A stretch of DNA of 59,414 nt, from NCBI GenBank assembly GCA_036172245.1, contig JAYWIR010000154.1, positions 1 to 59,414 on the forward strand. The letters run 5' to 3'. The notes beneath the pieces were generated by a model. It worked only from the letters and a program-made list of their open reading frames with translations, ran no database searches and was not told the origin of the DNA. This document shows, piece after piece, positions 1 to 13,344 of this stretch. Made by a program: the position numbers and the translations under genes. The first letter of the stretch is position 1; each line of letters begins with the position of its first letter. This DNA is from Raillietiella orientalis (taxonomy: Eukaryota).

Positions 1-2868
1 CCACGTGCTCCTGGCGGGACACTCCAGAGTGGTCCGCAGTGTGCAGCGGGCGTTGGGGCCGAATCGCAGGCGGTTCCAGTCCAGGGAAGTCTGGAGGTTC
101 AGCTTGGCCCACGTCGCAACGGATTCCAGCAGCCAGGCGGAGAAGTTGGCGGGGCTGCATACCGTCCAGCCCTTGTCTCTCACCAGGGCTTCCATGCGCC
201 CACGGAGAAGGCCGCATCTTCTGACCTTCCTTCTAGAGCACAGAAGGTACGACGCTGGTCCTTGCGTCCTGGACACACGGCTGGCGAGGATTCGGGCCGG
301 AAGGCACCAAGGGGTGCTCCATGACTTTGCTGCGATGGCGAGGGTGCGCCATCGCAGCTGTATGTCCAGGCGCTCCAGCGTCAGGAGGCCGAGACCGCCG
401 TCCCGAGGAGGAGCGCATAAGTCATCTAGAGGCACACGTGGCCTCCCGCTGCCCCAGAGGGCGATGCGGTGTAGGTCCTTGGTCCTCTTTTTAACATCAC
501 GGGGAACGGGGCACACAAAAAGCAGGGGGCGGAGGATGGGAGCCGCGAAGGCGTTCCACACGGCGGCCCGTTCCGGCAGAAGGAACTTGCCTTCCAGGAA
601 CGGGCCCATTGCCAACTCTACCTTCTGGAGACGAACTGACCAGGCTTCTGCGAGGCAGAAGTCCCCCAACGGGACACCCAGGTACTTCAGGTACCTGGCC
701 GTGGAGATCCCCAAGCGGATCCAGTCAGGCCGTCCGACCCATGTCGCACCCACCGGTACGACCGACGACTTCGCCTTGTTTACCCGCAGTCCAGTCCCAC
801 GACTTAGCACGTCGAAGAAATCCTCCACTGCGGCTGCCGGTGCGGACATGGGCAACATGAGCAGAAGATCGTCGGCGTATGCTGCAACGGCAAGCGTGCC
901 GGGGCACGAGCTGGGCAGGGCAGCCAAAGTCACCCTGTACGCTCTCAGCACCAACTCAAAGTAGGTGCTGAAGAGCAGGGGACTGAGGCTATCGGCCTGC
1001 CGTATGCCTCGCCGCATTGGCACGCCGTACACCTGTTGGCTGGAAAAGACGATGTTCACAATGGCATTGCGCCAGCATGAGCGCAGGTAGGAGAGAAGGG
1101 AGGGTGGGAAGCCCATGCGACCCAGGAGCTTCAACAGTAGCTCCTGGTCTACGCAGTCGAACGCCTTGTGGAGATCGACCGCGATCGCTAGGGCTCCCTT
1201 CCCAGCCCGGGTATCCATTCCCAGCCCAGCTGGCGGTCCCAAAGTGGGGTTGCCAATTTTTCCCCCTGTGTCGTTCAGGCAGCGCTGCACATGGAACCAT
1301 GTGCTCGCGAAGAACACGTTGGCATCCATACTTTGCCCGGGAACAGCGTACTTCTGCTCCGGGCTAATTATGGAGTCTGCCACCTGTCCTAGACGCGAAG
1401 CCCACAGTCCAGCGATCAGCTTGGCGTCCGTATTCACGATTGTGATCGGACGCCAATTGCCCAAGGATCTCAGGTCTCCTCCCTTCGGGAGGAACCTCAC
1501 ACGGGCTGACCGAAACGAGGCGGGAACGTCGCCTTCGTCTCGGATCAGCCCGGTCAACTGAAGCACCAGGGGTGCCAGCTCTGCCGCGAAACATTGAAAG
1601 AATTCCGCAGGCAAACCGTCCTCCCCTGGTACCTTTCGCCTCTTGAGCCTTTGAATACCGGCGAGAATTTCACCGGTAGAAAAAGGCTCATCGAAGCTGA
1701 TCTTCTCCTCCTCCCCTATTTCCGGCGCTCCATCCGGGAGCAGGAGCCGCGAGGCGTTCCGCTCTGGGGGTGCCCTAGCGTAGAGGGAGGAGTAGTAACG
1801 TCGCACGAGGTGCCTGTTCGCGGGTGCGCCGGATCGCTCCCGGCCCTGGTCGTCCAGGAAGCTGGCCGACCCGGATTGCCAGGCTTGGCGTTCGGCCCCG
1901 GCTCGATATTCCGCTAGGCGACGGACATTCGGGGTCCTCTCGCACCTGCGGGCCTGTAGATAAGCCCGATGGTTCCGAGCTCCCTCCCCGAATCCGGGGG
2001 GCAGGCGGTGCAGGGGAAACTCCTCGCAGAACTCGCGGACCGAGGCCTTGAAGAGGTACCAGTCTTGGAGACTGCGGAGGGTGACGCCTCTCAGGAATTC
2101 GCGAAGGTGTTCTTTCGCACCTGAGAGCAGCGTCCAGTTCCCAGGCAGCCGCCACGCCCTGGACGGGGGTCCTTTGTCGCGCGGGCAAACCTCGGCGATG
2201 ATCCTGGAATGGTCCGACAGCGTCGACGCAACTTTTCCCCGTTTGCCGACCCGTGAGCACAGGTCGACATCCACGAAGAAGTGGTCGATGCTGCGGTCCA
2301 TTCCCTCCGCGTCTGCCAACAAGTTGAGCGTGCGCATGGCAGCGCACAACTCGTTGGCCGTGCGTTCTTGTGCTTCGTGCTCACCTGACAGCAGACGGAG
2401 ATTGAAGTCTCCAGCTATCATCTGTGCCTTCCGCACATTCGCGTCGGCCAGCTAATCGCGCTTCAGGGTTTCCAGCAGCCTGGTACGGTCGCTGTATCCC
2501 CCTTTTCCGCTCGGGGCGTACACGTTCGTGACGATCAATTCGATCGAGTCGCACCAGCTGAGAATCAGCTGACCGACCCGACCGTCGTCATCAAAGCGTA
2601 CGCCCTTCACGGCACCGTCCATGGCCGGCTTGACGAAGAACGCGACCCCGCAGTTGTTGCGGGCGCCGCATCGCCAATACAGTCGACCCCCCGCGATCGT
2701 CTCGATCTCCTGGACGTCTGCCGAGGTGATCACGTGGATCTCCTGCAGCAGCGCCAGGTCGAAGTCACGCAGGGTGTCGGCCGTATCACGTCTGTTGCCG
2801 TCGTCGCGCAGCCCGTTGACGTTCCTACTGGCCACTCGGATTTGACGGCGACAGGCGAGCCCAGGTGT
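1..2868 (-). pseudogene. S1 ORF2 (APE endonuclease + RT), disrupted, runs off the window
   Basis: ORF 2452..2835 (NVNG, LQE, GVAF, NVYAP); RT motifs at about 600-1650. Confidence 0.88.
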
Positions 2869-4620
2869 TATTCCTGGGAAATCGGCTGTGCGGCGTCCGC
2901 CACCTGTTGGGGCGGGACGCTAGGTGGAGGAGGAGGGACAGGTGCCTCTAGCACCTGGCCACCCTCTTCCATCGGTGACGGAGCGTCGGGCGGTTCACCC
3001 TCAGGTGGGATCGCGCCTACCTGCTGGCCCTCCTCCATAGGGGTGGGATCCTCAGGGTCCGCGACGGCAGGAGGGATTTCGCCTCCCTGCTCACCCTCCT
3101 CCATGGGAGTGTCCTGCTCGACGGCTTCCGCTCGTGGGAGCTCCCCCTCCGGGATTCCCACGCTACCGGCGACTTCCTGCTTCTCCTCCTCGCTTGTGGA
3201 GGGGAGGTGCTTCCTCGACTTTTGGGACTTGTGTCCCGTCTTCCGGGGGGGTGCCTCCGAGGAGGAGGATGCACTTCCGGCCCCCAGGTCGCACTCACCT
3301 GCGGGGGCCTTCTTCGGCGGAGCCGGCCTTCGCACGGCCTTGCTAGAGGGGTTCTCACGCTCAGCCAGCGTAACCGCGAGCTCCTCCGCCGCCTTCACGA
3401 AGGCGGCGTCCTCGCCGGCGGCGAGCGCGTCGCGCGTGTCACCCTCTGTGCAAACAGAGGGTTCGCCGTCGCGAATCTCGGGCGCGGCGGAAACGGCAAG
3501 GGGAGGCTCGTCGCACCGGGTGGCAGCCTCGGGAACGCTGATGCGCTCCAGTGCTACCGAGCACTCGCATGGAGTTTTAGATCGCGGACCAGGTTTTTTC
3601 GCCTTCGCGACCGACTTTTTCTCCGCCTTCTCTTGTGAACCCTTTTTGGGTTCTTTTCTGGCCTTTCCGAGCGTCCATCCTTCTTCCTCGCCCGCGTCTT
3701 TCGCGGTTTTTTCCGCTCCCGCCTGATTTGGAGGAGGAGGAGAAGGCTGCTGGGGCCGGCAATTCTCGCGATGAGGTCTTTCGACCTTATTCATCTTTAT
3801 CACCTGTGCCTTTTTGGCAGCAAGTGGCACAGGGGTGGGGCGTTTAGAGCACACACGACGGACGTGTCCCTTTTCTTCGCACAAGTGGCACTCGATATTC
3901 GGGCACCGCCTGCGCACATGCCCTACTGCATTGCAGTAGCCACAATCGAGGGGGCTTCCCCACGTACCAGAGGTCGACGGGCTCCTTCCCGACCTCCAGT
4001 TTGTGGGGTAACCCAGCACCCTCGTTCACAGTGACACGCGCTGCTGCCTGGCCACCAAAGAGGCTGTTATAGCCGTCAAAAATGGTTGGCTTTGGCCACA
4101 GCGCGTGCACATCTCCGTATTTTTTCAATTCCGCGTCCACCGCAGAGCGCGTCATGCGTTTCGTGATCCCCGTTAGATGGACCACTACGGAGCGGTCCAT
4201 GCTAACGGGTAGGATCTTTCGGCCAGCCACATTCAGCGGGGTGTTTATGAGGCGCTGCTCTAGGGCTACGTCTTTGCAGACGACCTCCACGCGTTGCCCC
4301 CCGCTGAGTACGGCGAGGCCGTCAAGATCCTCCTCACGCACGGGGAATTCCTGTAGTGCCTTGCTAAAGGCACGCGCGGTGCGACCGTCGAACATGTTTC
4401 CTACCTTATGAACCAGGGATGGTTTATATCCGGAGGCCCTGTAGGCCGCTTGCTCAGCCAAGGTTATCGCGCTCTGCGCGGCGACCATGGCGCTCCAGCT
4501 CCTCGTCTTGGGCGACGAGGGCGATTCCGGGACGGATGCTTCTGATTCTGTAGGTCGTGGGGGGGGGCTAGCCTCCCTTACGCCTACCTCCATCGTAATG
4601 TCCTCTGGCAGCGATGCCAT
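2868..4620 (-). pseudogene. S1 ORF1 (RRM-like, two CCHC knuckles, acidic/Pro tail), frameshift near 3955
   Basis: ORFs 3844..4704 (MASLPEDITMEVG...WYVGKP) and 2868..4019 (CGYCNAVGHVRRRC, CHLCEEKGHVRRVC ... PISQE*). Confidence 0.88.
2935..3125 (-). repeat. Three ~66-bp (22-aa) coding repeats (PMEEG...) in the ORF1 tail; also at ~47410-47590 and ~52150-52260
   Basis: TPMEEGEQGGEIPP / TPMEEGQQVGAIPP / SPMEEGGQVLEAP. Confidence 0.7.
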
Positions 4621-4696
4621 CGGACAACAACGATGTGAAAAAGCACACACTGAACCAAAAAAAACCGCTTTCCGCTGCTCGTTCGCAAAGCGCCGG

Positions 4697-4716
4697 AAAA
4701 ACACGTCCGCTCTCGA
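4697..4716 (-). promoter_or_regulatory. Conserved 5'-terminal motif (GAGAGC)GGAYG(TGTTTT), candidate internal promoter element
   Basis: Also at ~11100-11114(-), 19851-19861(-), 41685-41699(-), 45852-45863(+), each about 75-90 nt upstream of an ORF1 ATG. Confidence 0.55.
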
Positions 4717-4721
4717 GGAGA

Positions 4722-7625
4722 GGGATTTGGGGAGGGGTCGCGTAACGAAAGGTGCTATTTTCAGGCCCGACGTTACGCGAGAACCCTTGACATGCGCAGG
4801 TTAGCAGAGTATCGAGCGGGAGCCGAGAGGCAAGCCTGGCAATCCGAGTCGGCCAGCATGTTGGACGACCAGGGCCGGGAGCACTCAGTTCCCGCTCAGA
4901 AACCTGGATAGTGAGTAAATTTTACTCCTCCCTGTACGCCAGGGCGCCTCCGGAGCAGGATGTCTCACGACTGCTGCTTCCGGAAGGTGCTCCAGCAATT
5001 GGGGAGGAGGAGAAAAGAAGCCTTGACCAGCCTTTTACGATGGACGAGATCCTCTCGTCCATTGGAAAGCTCAAGAGGCGGAAGGCTCCAGGGGAGGACG
5101 GCCTGCCCGCGGAGTTTTACCAAACTTTCGCGGCTGAGCTTACCACCCTGGTACAGCAACTCACCTTGCTGATTCGCGAAACAGGTGACGTTCCCACCTC
5201 GTTTCGTTCAGCAAAGGTGCGGCTCCTCCCTAAGGGAGGAGACCTTAGGAGCATGAACAACTGGCGTCCCATCACAATAGTGAATGCGGAAGCCAAGTTG
5301 CTAGCCAAGCTGTGGCAGAGCGCCTGGCACGGGTCGCAAACATCTTCATCAGCTCGGAACAGACATATGCTGTTCCCGGGCGAAGTATGGAGGCCAACCT
5401 GTTCCACACTTCCACATGGTTAGAGCTCTAACAAGGAAGGAGCATAATAAGCAACCGGAATTCCGGTGCGTCCGTCGGTGGGGGACGAGATGGTCAGAGG
5501 GGAGAGGAGCCCTCGTGGTCGCAGTCGATTTGCATAAAGCATTCGATTGCGTCGACCAGAATCTCCTTTTGGAGCTTCTGGAACGCTTGGGATTCCCGGC
5601 CTCTTTGCTGGCCTACATGCGCTTCAGCTGGCGCGACACGCTCATTGATGTTTTTTTTAGTGGATCCACCGTGTACGGCGTACCTGTGCGCGCGGCATAC
5701 GGCAGGGAGACAGCCTCAGCCCCTTGCTCTTCAGCGCCTATTTCGAATTGGTGCTGAGAGCGTACAGGGAGACTCTGGCGCACCTGCCGTGCGATTGTCC
5801 CGGTACGCCTTCAATTTCGGCGTACGCGGACGACCTTCTGCTGCTGCTGCCTATATCCACCCCGGCTGCGGCGGTCAAGGAGTTCTTCGACCTGCTGAGT
5901 CGGGGAACAGGACTGACGGTGAACAGGGCGAAGTCGTCCGTAATGCCAGTCGGAGCGGCGTGGGCAGGGCAGCAGGATTGGGTCCGTTTGGGGATCCCCA
6001 CGGTGAGGTACTTCAAGTAACTGGGTGTGCCGTTGGGGGACTACTCCCCTGCGGAAGCGTGGTCGGGCTGCCTTCAGAAGTCTCAGGCGGCGATCGGCCC
6101 GTTCCAGGACGGCAGGTGCTACCTGCAGAAACGGGCCGCGGCGTGAAACGCGTTTGCGGCCTCCCTCCTTCGCCCCTTGCTTTTTGTTTGTTCCCCCTTA
6201 GCGGAGTCAAAGAAGAGGACGAAGGACCTCCTGAGGATGGCCCATTGGGACAGAGGGCGGCCCCGAGTCCGTCTTTCGGACTTGTGCGCTCCTCTTCGGG
6301 ATAGTGGTCTGGGCCTCCTGACGTTGGAGCGGCTGGAGCTACAGCTCCAGTTCCGAGTTGTTGCCTTTATGGCAGAAAATTGGTGCACTCTTGGTGCCTC
6401 CCTGCACATCTTCTCTTCGAGCGGGCCAATGGCAATGCGGGACTGTCGTCCTACTTTGCACTCCGAAGCCCCATCTGCCACTGCTGACTTCATCTTCGGA
6501 GGGCGGCCAAGCTCGTGAAGAACAACTCGGCGCGGATTCTCGTACGCTTCGCGAACGGTCCTGCCTGGTTGCAGGAAACCGTCCGTACGTGGGCGATGAT
6601 TCAGGAGCAGAGCCCGCAACACGAGCGAACAGCTCTGTTTGGGCCGCATGCCCACCGCACGCTCCGAGAAATCGAGTATCCCCGAAGGAGAGCGTTGGCA
6701 CAAAAAAACTCCCTTGCTGCGGTACTGCCTACCCTACGATGACATCTGGGCAGCGACGTCACGGCACAATGGGAGGTTACTGTCAAGATCGCCAGCAGGG
6801 CAAAGAAGATCGGGGATTGGAGAACGGATCAGCTCACCAACGATGCTACCCCGAGGACCACCCCAAATGGACTGTCGCGCTGGGAAGAGCTACTGGATCT
6901 TCCAGAGGAACATCTCGAGTGGCCCCCGGTGCTCATGGACTCGCGCACCCTCCCCATGAAGTGGGAACAGTCGGCACTGCTGGTGTTGAATTTGGGGCTT
7001 CCTTGCAACGCCCGCCGACACCACTGCACGCGGGGGGCTGTCAACCCTAATTGTGTCAGGTGCGGGGAGAGGGAATACCTCCCCCACCTGTTAGTGGATT
7101 GGGTTGCCCTCCGTCCCTTGTGGAAACGCTTTGCCGCAGCCCTGGGGATCCCCGAAGGCAACCCCAGAGACACCTTGCGCCCCCTTTTCGTCCGTGACGC
7201 CCTGCCTCCAGTGGCCTCGCTTGCAGCCCTGTGCTGCCTACGCGGGATCGTCGTGGCATGGAGCAAAGCGACGGGAGGATCCAGCGACAGGGATGCCAAC
7301 GTGTATGCCGCCCGTTTCCTCAGGATGGCGACGCGATGGCACCACCTGTAACCACACACGCAGAAACAGCTTGCCGGCATCCTCCAGAGTATGACGGACC
7401 CTCCCAGGAGACTGTGATCCCTTCTCGCTTCCTCCCTGATATTTGTGTATGTTTTGTTTTGTTTTTGTTTCGTTTTCCCTCTTCTCTGCTGCCGAGGTGG
7501 ACCGCGCCGGTCTGCGCACCGGTAGCCCGGAAAGCTATACCTTTCCAGGGCGTCGCTGGACTACTGGTCCAGTCACAGATTGTATAGGTTTATCCGTGAG
7601 AATAAACGTCCCGGCGCACCCGGGT
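4722..7625 (+). mobile_element. S2: 3' part of an element (ORF2 linker, RT, CCHC, 3'UTR, intact 3' end)
   Basis: Starts GFGEGSRNER; KAPGEDG, WRPIT, DLHKAFD, YADD (~5823), CVRCGEREYLPHLLVD; stop ~7415; AATAAA plus hairpin 7601-7625. Confidence 0.92.
7601..7625 (+). terminator. Conserved 3'-terminal AATAAA plus hairpin (one of nine copies)
   Basis: Consensus AATAAACGCCCCGG-N5-CCGGGTG; also 7978-8003(-), 15879-15904(+), 21942-21967(+), 36669-36694(-), 42947-42972(-), 47851-47876(-), 49914-49939(-), 54702-54727(-). Confidence 0.8.
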
Positions 7626-7629
7626 TTCA

Positions 7630-7975
7630 ATGGAGATTCCGGAGCGTGACGCCTCTCAGGTATTCGCGAAGGTGTGCTTTCGCACCTGAGAGTCGCGTCC
7701 AGTCCCCCGGCAGAAGCCAATCACTGGATGGCGGTCCTTTGTCGCGAGGCCGCATCTCGAAAATTAACCAGGAATGGTCCGACAACGTCGACGAAACCCT
7801 CCCCCGTTTGCCGAACCGTAAACGCAGGTCAGCGTCAAGGAAGACGTGGTCGATGCTGCGGACCATACCCCTCTCACCCTCGAACAAGTTGCGCGCACGC
7901 ATAACGGCGCACAACTCGTTCATCGCGTTCTCTTGTGTTTCTGGCTCACCTGTTAGCAGACAGAGATTGAAATTT
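7630..7975 (-). mobile_element. S3: endonuclease fragment (FN...IDHVF...SDH...RGVTLRNL)
   Basis: ORF 7627..7980; paralogous to 54365-54700. Confidence 0.88.
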
Positions 7976-10735
7976 ATCACCCGGACACGCCGGGGCGTTT
8001 ATTAATAATAATAAACTGGTCAGGGCAATGTCTCCAACAAACAGAACGACAGAGAACATAGAAAAATCACCGTCACGCAGGCCTGGTAAACAAACCGCTT
8101 TTAGCGTGGAGGGAATGAGGTGAAACAAACAAAAATCAAAAAGTGGAGGGAAGGGTAACGGGTTTTTGGTTAGGCTCCGTACTCACGGGGATTTAAACGA
8201 TGAGCACCTGAAATGTTTTGGAGCCTATGAAGACGCGGGTGTAAAAAGAAAATACGAAATTAGTTTATGGAGGGTAGGGCAATGATCACCGGGTTGGCCG
8301 CAGCTGAGGGTGTGTAAACCGGCGGTGTATTGCGACGAGATTCCTTTTTGTCTCCTCTGTCAAATAAAACCATCTAGCGAATGCTCCCATGTAGAAGGAT
8401 GCTTTGCTGATTACCTCTTGGTGCTGTCCGTTGATTACCAACGCCTGGCGGACGGAAACTATCGCGCGTATGCAACCGATGGTTGCAATCCTTGCGCTTA
8501 GTGACATCCCGCTCGGCGTGAAGAATCGTCGCAGCAAGTCTCCTGCGGTGTCCACGGATTGCATAAGTGCTGTTGCCATCCTACGACACAGTCCTTGTAG
8601 GACAACGCAGTCCAGAAGTAGGTGCGGAATCGACTCCGTCGATCCGCCCCGAACGCAGTTCGCAGACGCAAGTCCCCCGGAGTCACGATGCCCACGCTCG
8701 TTGCACTGAAAACCCCAGTGAACGAAAAGCAGCATGGCTTGTTTGCAAGCAAGGGGGAACAGCGAACTGTCAATACACTGTAAAGGAACTACAAGTTCTT
8801 CGGGGGTGACAGCAAGTTGTTCTGCCCACCGGAGGAGTCCCTGTGCAGTAACACGAGGAGTGGCGGCGTCCGCCAACTCACTCGTCTTCTAGGCGCCAAG
8901 GATTGTGGTTTTTCCCGCTATCGTGCAGGAAACCTCTTACCTCGCCGGTTGGTAACTGTCGTTTCTTGCCCAAGGTGCAGACAGCGCTGCGGCAAGAGGC
9001 GTGGCAGATAGGGTAGAAAACTTCACCTCGTCCTGCAGTTCTTCTTCCAAAGATCTTGGAAAAAATTGGCTCAGGGGGCGAAGATCTTCAGAGGGTATTT
9101 CTTGGAACGCCGCTTAGGATTCAACAGACTCCGGCCGCCAAGCTTCAAAGTTCATTGGGCGGCAGGACATCCACGAGTGTGCTTCCAGAAGTGCGGTCAA
9201 CTGCCGCAATGGAAACACGAAACCCCGCTTCCTGTATCGAGTGCCCGGCAAAAGCAAGAGAAATCGTCCGCTGCCGGCGCAACTCCGCAGAAGGAATGCG
9301 GGCTGGCACACACAGGGGGGATGTCCATAGCTGGCCACACAGTGCCAGCAGTCGGAACTGTACCTGCAGTCCGATTCGCTCCATTGTCAAGATACCCAAA
9401 CCAGCATCCCGACGCGGAGCTAACAAATCTTTAAGGCGGATCCTGGATCTCGCCGGACCCCAGAGAGCGTTCCTAAGCAGGCGTTTAGCCCGCTGTTTTG
9501 CGTCCTAGGAGAAGTTCAAAACAAAGAAGAGGGGACGGAGGAGGGGGGCAACAAAGGTGCTCCAAATAGTCCTCCGTACCTGCAAGGTAAACTTGCCGTT
9601 AATGAACGGGCTGACGGCCAACTCTGCTTTCTGGAGACAGTCCTACCACGCTTCGGCTGCGCCTAAAGCGCCTAACGGAACGCCAAGGCACTTAAAGTAC
9701 CCGCCCGTGGGGATCCGCAGGCGGATCCAGTCGGACTGCCCCTCCCACGACGTACCCACAGGAACGACCACGCTCTTCTCTCTGTTCACGCTCACGCCCG
9801 CTCCTCGACGAATCAGGTCGAATAAATCCTCGACAATGGACGCCGTTGTGGACATGGGTAGCAGAAGAAGCAGGTCATCAGCGTAGGCGGCCACGGCAGG
9901 CGTTCCCGGGCAGGGACTTGGCAAGTGAGACAGCGTCAGCCTGCATGCTCTTAGCACCAACTCAAAGAAGATGCTGCAGAGCAACGTGCTTAAGCTGTCG
10001 CCCTGTCGGATGCCCCTACGAACGGAAATACCATACACGCGGCACCCGCTGAAAGTAATGCAGGATAGCGCGTGGCGTCAGCACGCGCGCAAATACAGCA
10101 GGAGTTGCGCCGGGAACCCAAGGCGTTCCATAAGCTCCAAAAGCAGCTTCTGGTTTACGCAGTCGAACGCCTTGTATAGATCGACTGCGACCGCCAAGGC
10201 ACCTGGCATTCCCTCTTGCCGTCGGCGCCTGTTCTTCTTGCCTGCGGCAGTAACTTTCGCAGCAGCCTGGATTTGCTGAGCCACAACTTCCTGCAGCTGC
10301 ATCCATGTACGCGCGAAAAGGATGTTCGCCTCCATGGATCGTCCCGGAACCGCGTAGGTTTGTTCCGGGCTCACCACAGATTTCGCGATACTTCCTAACC
10401 GCGCGACCCACAGCTTGGAAAACAACTTGACGTCCAAGTTCACCAAGGTGATCGGACGCCAGTTGTTAAGTTGTTGCAAGTCTCCGCCTTTCGGCAGGAG
10501 ACGCACCTTTGCTGAGCGGAAGGAATCCGGGACATTCCCGGATTCACTCATCAGCGTCGCGAGTTTCAGCATCAAGGGAATGAGCTCCACTGCAAAGGAC
10601 TGATAAAACTTTGCAGGGAGCCCATCCTCACCTGGCGCCTTTCGTCTCTTCAGCCCAGCGATTGCATACGGAAATTCATCCGCCGTGAAGGGCTCGTTGA
10701 GACGTTCGCGTTCCTTTTCGCCGACAACACCAGCT
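7976..10735 (-). mobile_element. S4: 3' part of a subfamily C element (RT, CCHC, 3'UTR, intact 3' end)
   Basis: ORFs 10078..10590 (WRPIT, DLYKAFD), 9643..10038 (RQGD, YADD), 8286..8876; terminal motif 7978-8003. Confidence 0.92.
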
Positions 10736-11117
10736 CCTCTTTTTGTACACCGAGAACGCGCATGGCCTGCGAGAAGGCGCGCGCGTTCTCGGGAGAATAT
10801 AGACCGCCTACCTTATATAGAAGGGGTGGGTTATACCCCTCCTTCAGGTAAGCGCGCATTTCCGCCATAGCCGCTGGCGTAGGTGCCGCAGCCACGGCGT
10901 TCCAAGTCCTGGGTAGGGCCGGGGGCGCATCCGTGCTGGCGGGAGCCTTCATTGATGCGGGAGCTCCCACCTCCATCTCCTCCGGGGCAATGAGGTCATC
11001 GCCCCCGGATCCTCACCGGTGGTGGTATCAGGCATTGCTGCCTAATCCTCCACCCACACCACGCACACGCACCAACGAAAATGAAACTCAGGAGCAACGA
11101 AAAGACACGTCCGCGAG
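10736..11117 (-). mobile_element. S5: 5'UTR and ORF1 N-terminus fused to the S4 linker
   Basis: GCGGACGTGTCTTTT at ~11100-11114; ATG 11035 (MPDTTT...MEVG...TWNAVAA...GYNPPLLYKVG). Confidence 0.82.
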
Positions 11118-12785
11118 ACGCTCCAGAGTCTCTCGGATTGGGACCATTTCATGGCCTCGGTCCGTTAGTTCTGCAAGCAGTGCACCCTGGACCGCCTGCC
11201 TTCCAAATTGTGCGAAAGCCCTCAAATATATCGGGCCTATTTAGAGGCTCGCAGGTACGAGAGAACCCTTAATGTTCGTCGTCTTACCGTGTACCGCGCC
11301 GGGGCCGAATGCCATTATTGGCAATTCGGTTCGGCCAGCTTGCTGGGCGACCAGGGCCGGGAATGATCGCCCTTGATGTCGGTACGACATATCGCGAGGT
11401 GTTTTTGTTTTTATCTTTACGAAACGTAGCCCACGGATCGAGACGCCTCTTGGCGCTTTCATCCATATGGCGCTTCGTCATTAGGGGAGGAGAAGATGCA
11501 AAGTTTCCACGAGCCTTTCACCACCTGCGAAATTCTCGCCTTTTTGCTTTCTCCGCCACCAGAGAGTGCAAAAGAGGACAAAGGACGTTCTACGTACCGC
11601 CCTTTGTGACAAGGGGAGGCCCCGAGTCCTTCTGAGGGAGTTGTGCGCTCCGCGTCGGGGCTGCGGTCCTGGCCTCCTTACAGTGGAGCGCGTGGAAATC
11701 CAGCTGCGGTTGCGAACCCTCGCCATTGCAGGGAAGATGTGGAGCACCCCTTGGTGCGTTCTGGCCCGCCTCCTCGCCAGGCGTGTGTCCCAATGCGAAA
11801 GACTCGCGTCGTTTCTTCTGTTCCCTGGCTGCAAGATCCGAAGATGCGGCCTCATGCTCCGACCCATAGCAACCCTGGCGCAGCCGAACGGTTGGATGGT
11901 TTGTGGCCCCGCCAAATCCTCCGTCTGGCTGAAGGAGACTGCTGGCACATGGGCCAAGCAAAACCGGAGAAGAGAAGACAATATGAACTACCTGCGAATC
12001 GGCCCATACGCCAACCGCACCCTGCGGGAAATACTGGAGTTTCCCCGGAGTCGCAGGTGGGCGTTGACGACTCCCCTTGCTACGGCTATGTTCTACCTCC
12101 TGAGAACGCTTCAGGATCCCCAGAAGCCGAGTTGGCAGGTCACCTGTTAGATCGCAGGCAGGGAGGAGATGTTAAGCGGCTGGACCACAGGAGAACTGGC
12201 GGACGCCACGACCCAGTGCTTCTAGCCGCGTCGATTGATGAGATGGGCCGAGCTGCTCGCCATCTTTACGAATGTGCTAAAGTGGCCTCCGGTGAAGAAG
12301 GAATTCAGGATCCTGTCCCTCAAGTAGCTGTAGTCGGAGTTGCTACTGATGCACTAGGGTTTACCCTGCAACGCACGCTGCTTTCACTGGACAATGTGAG
12401 CTCTTGATCATGAGTGTGTCAGGTGTGGAGAGCGGCAATCGCTTTTCCACCTTGTTGTGGACTGTGCAGCCCTCAGAACCCATTGGGAACGGTTCGGGAC
12501 GACCCTCGGGCTCCCTACGGGCAGCACTCTCAGAGACGTTCTTGGGCCCCTCTTCGTGAAGGACGCACTGCAGCCCGCCGCAGCCATCGCAGCCTTGGGC
12601 TGCGTCCGTGGCATCGTGGCGGCATGGAGCGACGCCAACAACGAAGGAGTGGGTTCACAGGCGAGGGATGTCATCTTGTATGCCCAACGCTTCTTGCCAA
12701 GAGCTGCCAGATGTCCAAAACTGGGAAATATGCAGACATACCTCGAGGAGTTCGTTCGACGGATGGGCCGAGTTTCCTAGCTCAA
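11118..12785 (+). mobile_element. S6: ORF2 remnant (EN end and linker, RT deleted near 11535, post-RT and CCHC region)
   Basis: TLQSLSDWDHF...ARRYERT, then ORF 11566..12150 (LCAPRRG), CVRCGER..HLVVDC at ~12415-12465. Confidence 0.85.
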
Positions 12786-13344
12786 GTTACCTAGAATTGG
12801 GGCTGGAGAAACAGGAAGGAAAAGCTCGCCCTAGAGCAACAGGCCCGCTCGGCGGTAGTGAGCGCTGAGCTCAGCAGGACGCACGGAAGAGGCGTGCCGG
12901 GGCAAACAGCGCCTCAACCGTCAAGGGGAGCGGCAACCTGGCAGCGGCATGTTCCGATGGGGGATCAGGGACCAAGCAGCGCATCCAGAAACTGGGAATT
13001 CCAATGCTGGGTGGTCGATCGTAGTGACTTCGAAGCTCACTCCACTTGGCACGCCAAGTACAACTCTGGAGGGGGGAAAAGGGAGAAAAGCGCATCACGG
13101 ACTTCCGTCGAGGAGCTTCCTCGGGGGGAAGGTTAGCTCCCGAGGGGTCGCCGTGCGTGCGAGGAGAGATTCGTCGAGATGTTCCTATAATGGTTTGTTG
13201 GCCAACTGAAGAGACTCTTCAAGGGAAACGAGGGAAGGCACAAAGCGAAGCATGGAATGCGGAGAGACCGCTGGCCGTGGCGGCCCACAGACGACCGGGG
13301 GAATCGCCGGGGCAGCTCGGCCGACCGGAACTACTTCCAGATGA

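Larger units (their letters stand above)
1..4718 (-). mobile_element. S1: near-full-length Tx1/L1-type element (5'UTR, ORF1, ORF2 EN-RT; 3' end lies left of the window), degenerate
   Basis: 5' motif GAGAGCGGACGTGTTTTT at ~4697-4714; ORF1 ATG 4620; ORF2 motifs NVNG, LQE, NVYAP, GDFN, IDH, SDH, PGEDG, WRPIT, DLHKAFD, YADD (~870), KYLG in shifting frames. Confidence 0.93.

Noticed and set aside
5..3726. Long plus-strand ORFs 5..964 and 2734..3726, and similar ones such as 46802..47791 and 33272..34147
   Set aside because: They are antisense shadows of GC-rich ORF1/ORF2 with no independent motifs.
1..7625. Twin-priming 5' inversion as the cause of divergent pairs such as S1/S2
   Set aside because: S1 and S2 overlap by more than 1.5 kb of ORF2 and differ substantially, and S17 shows such junctions arise by antisense nesting. 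It is not excluded for every pair.
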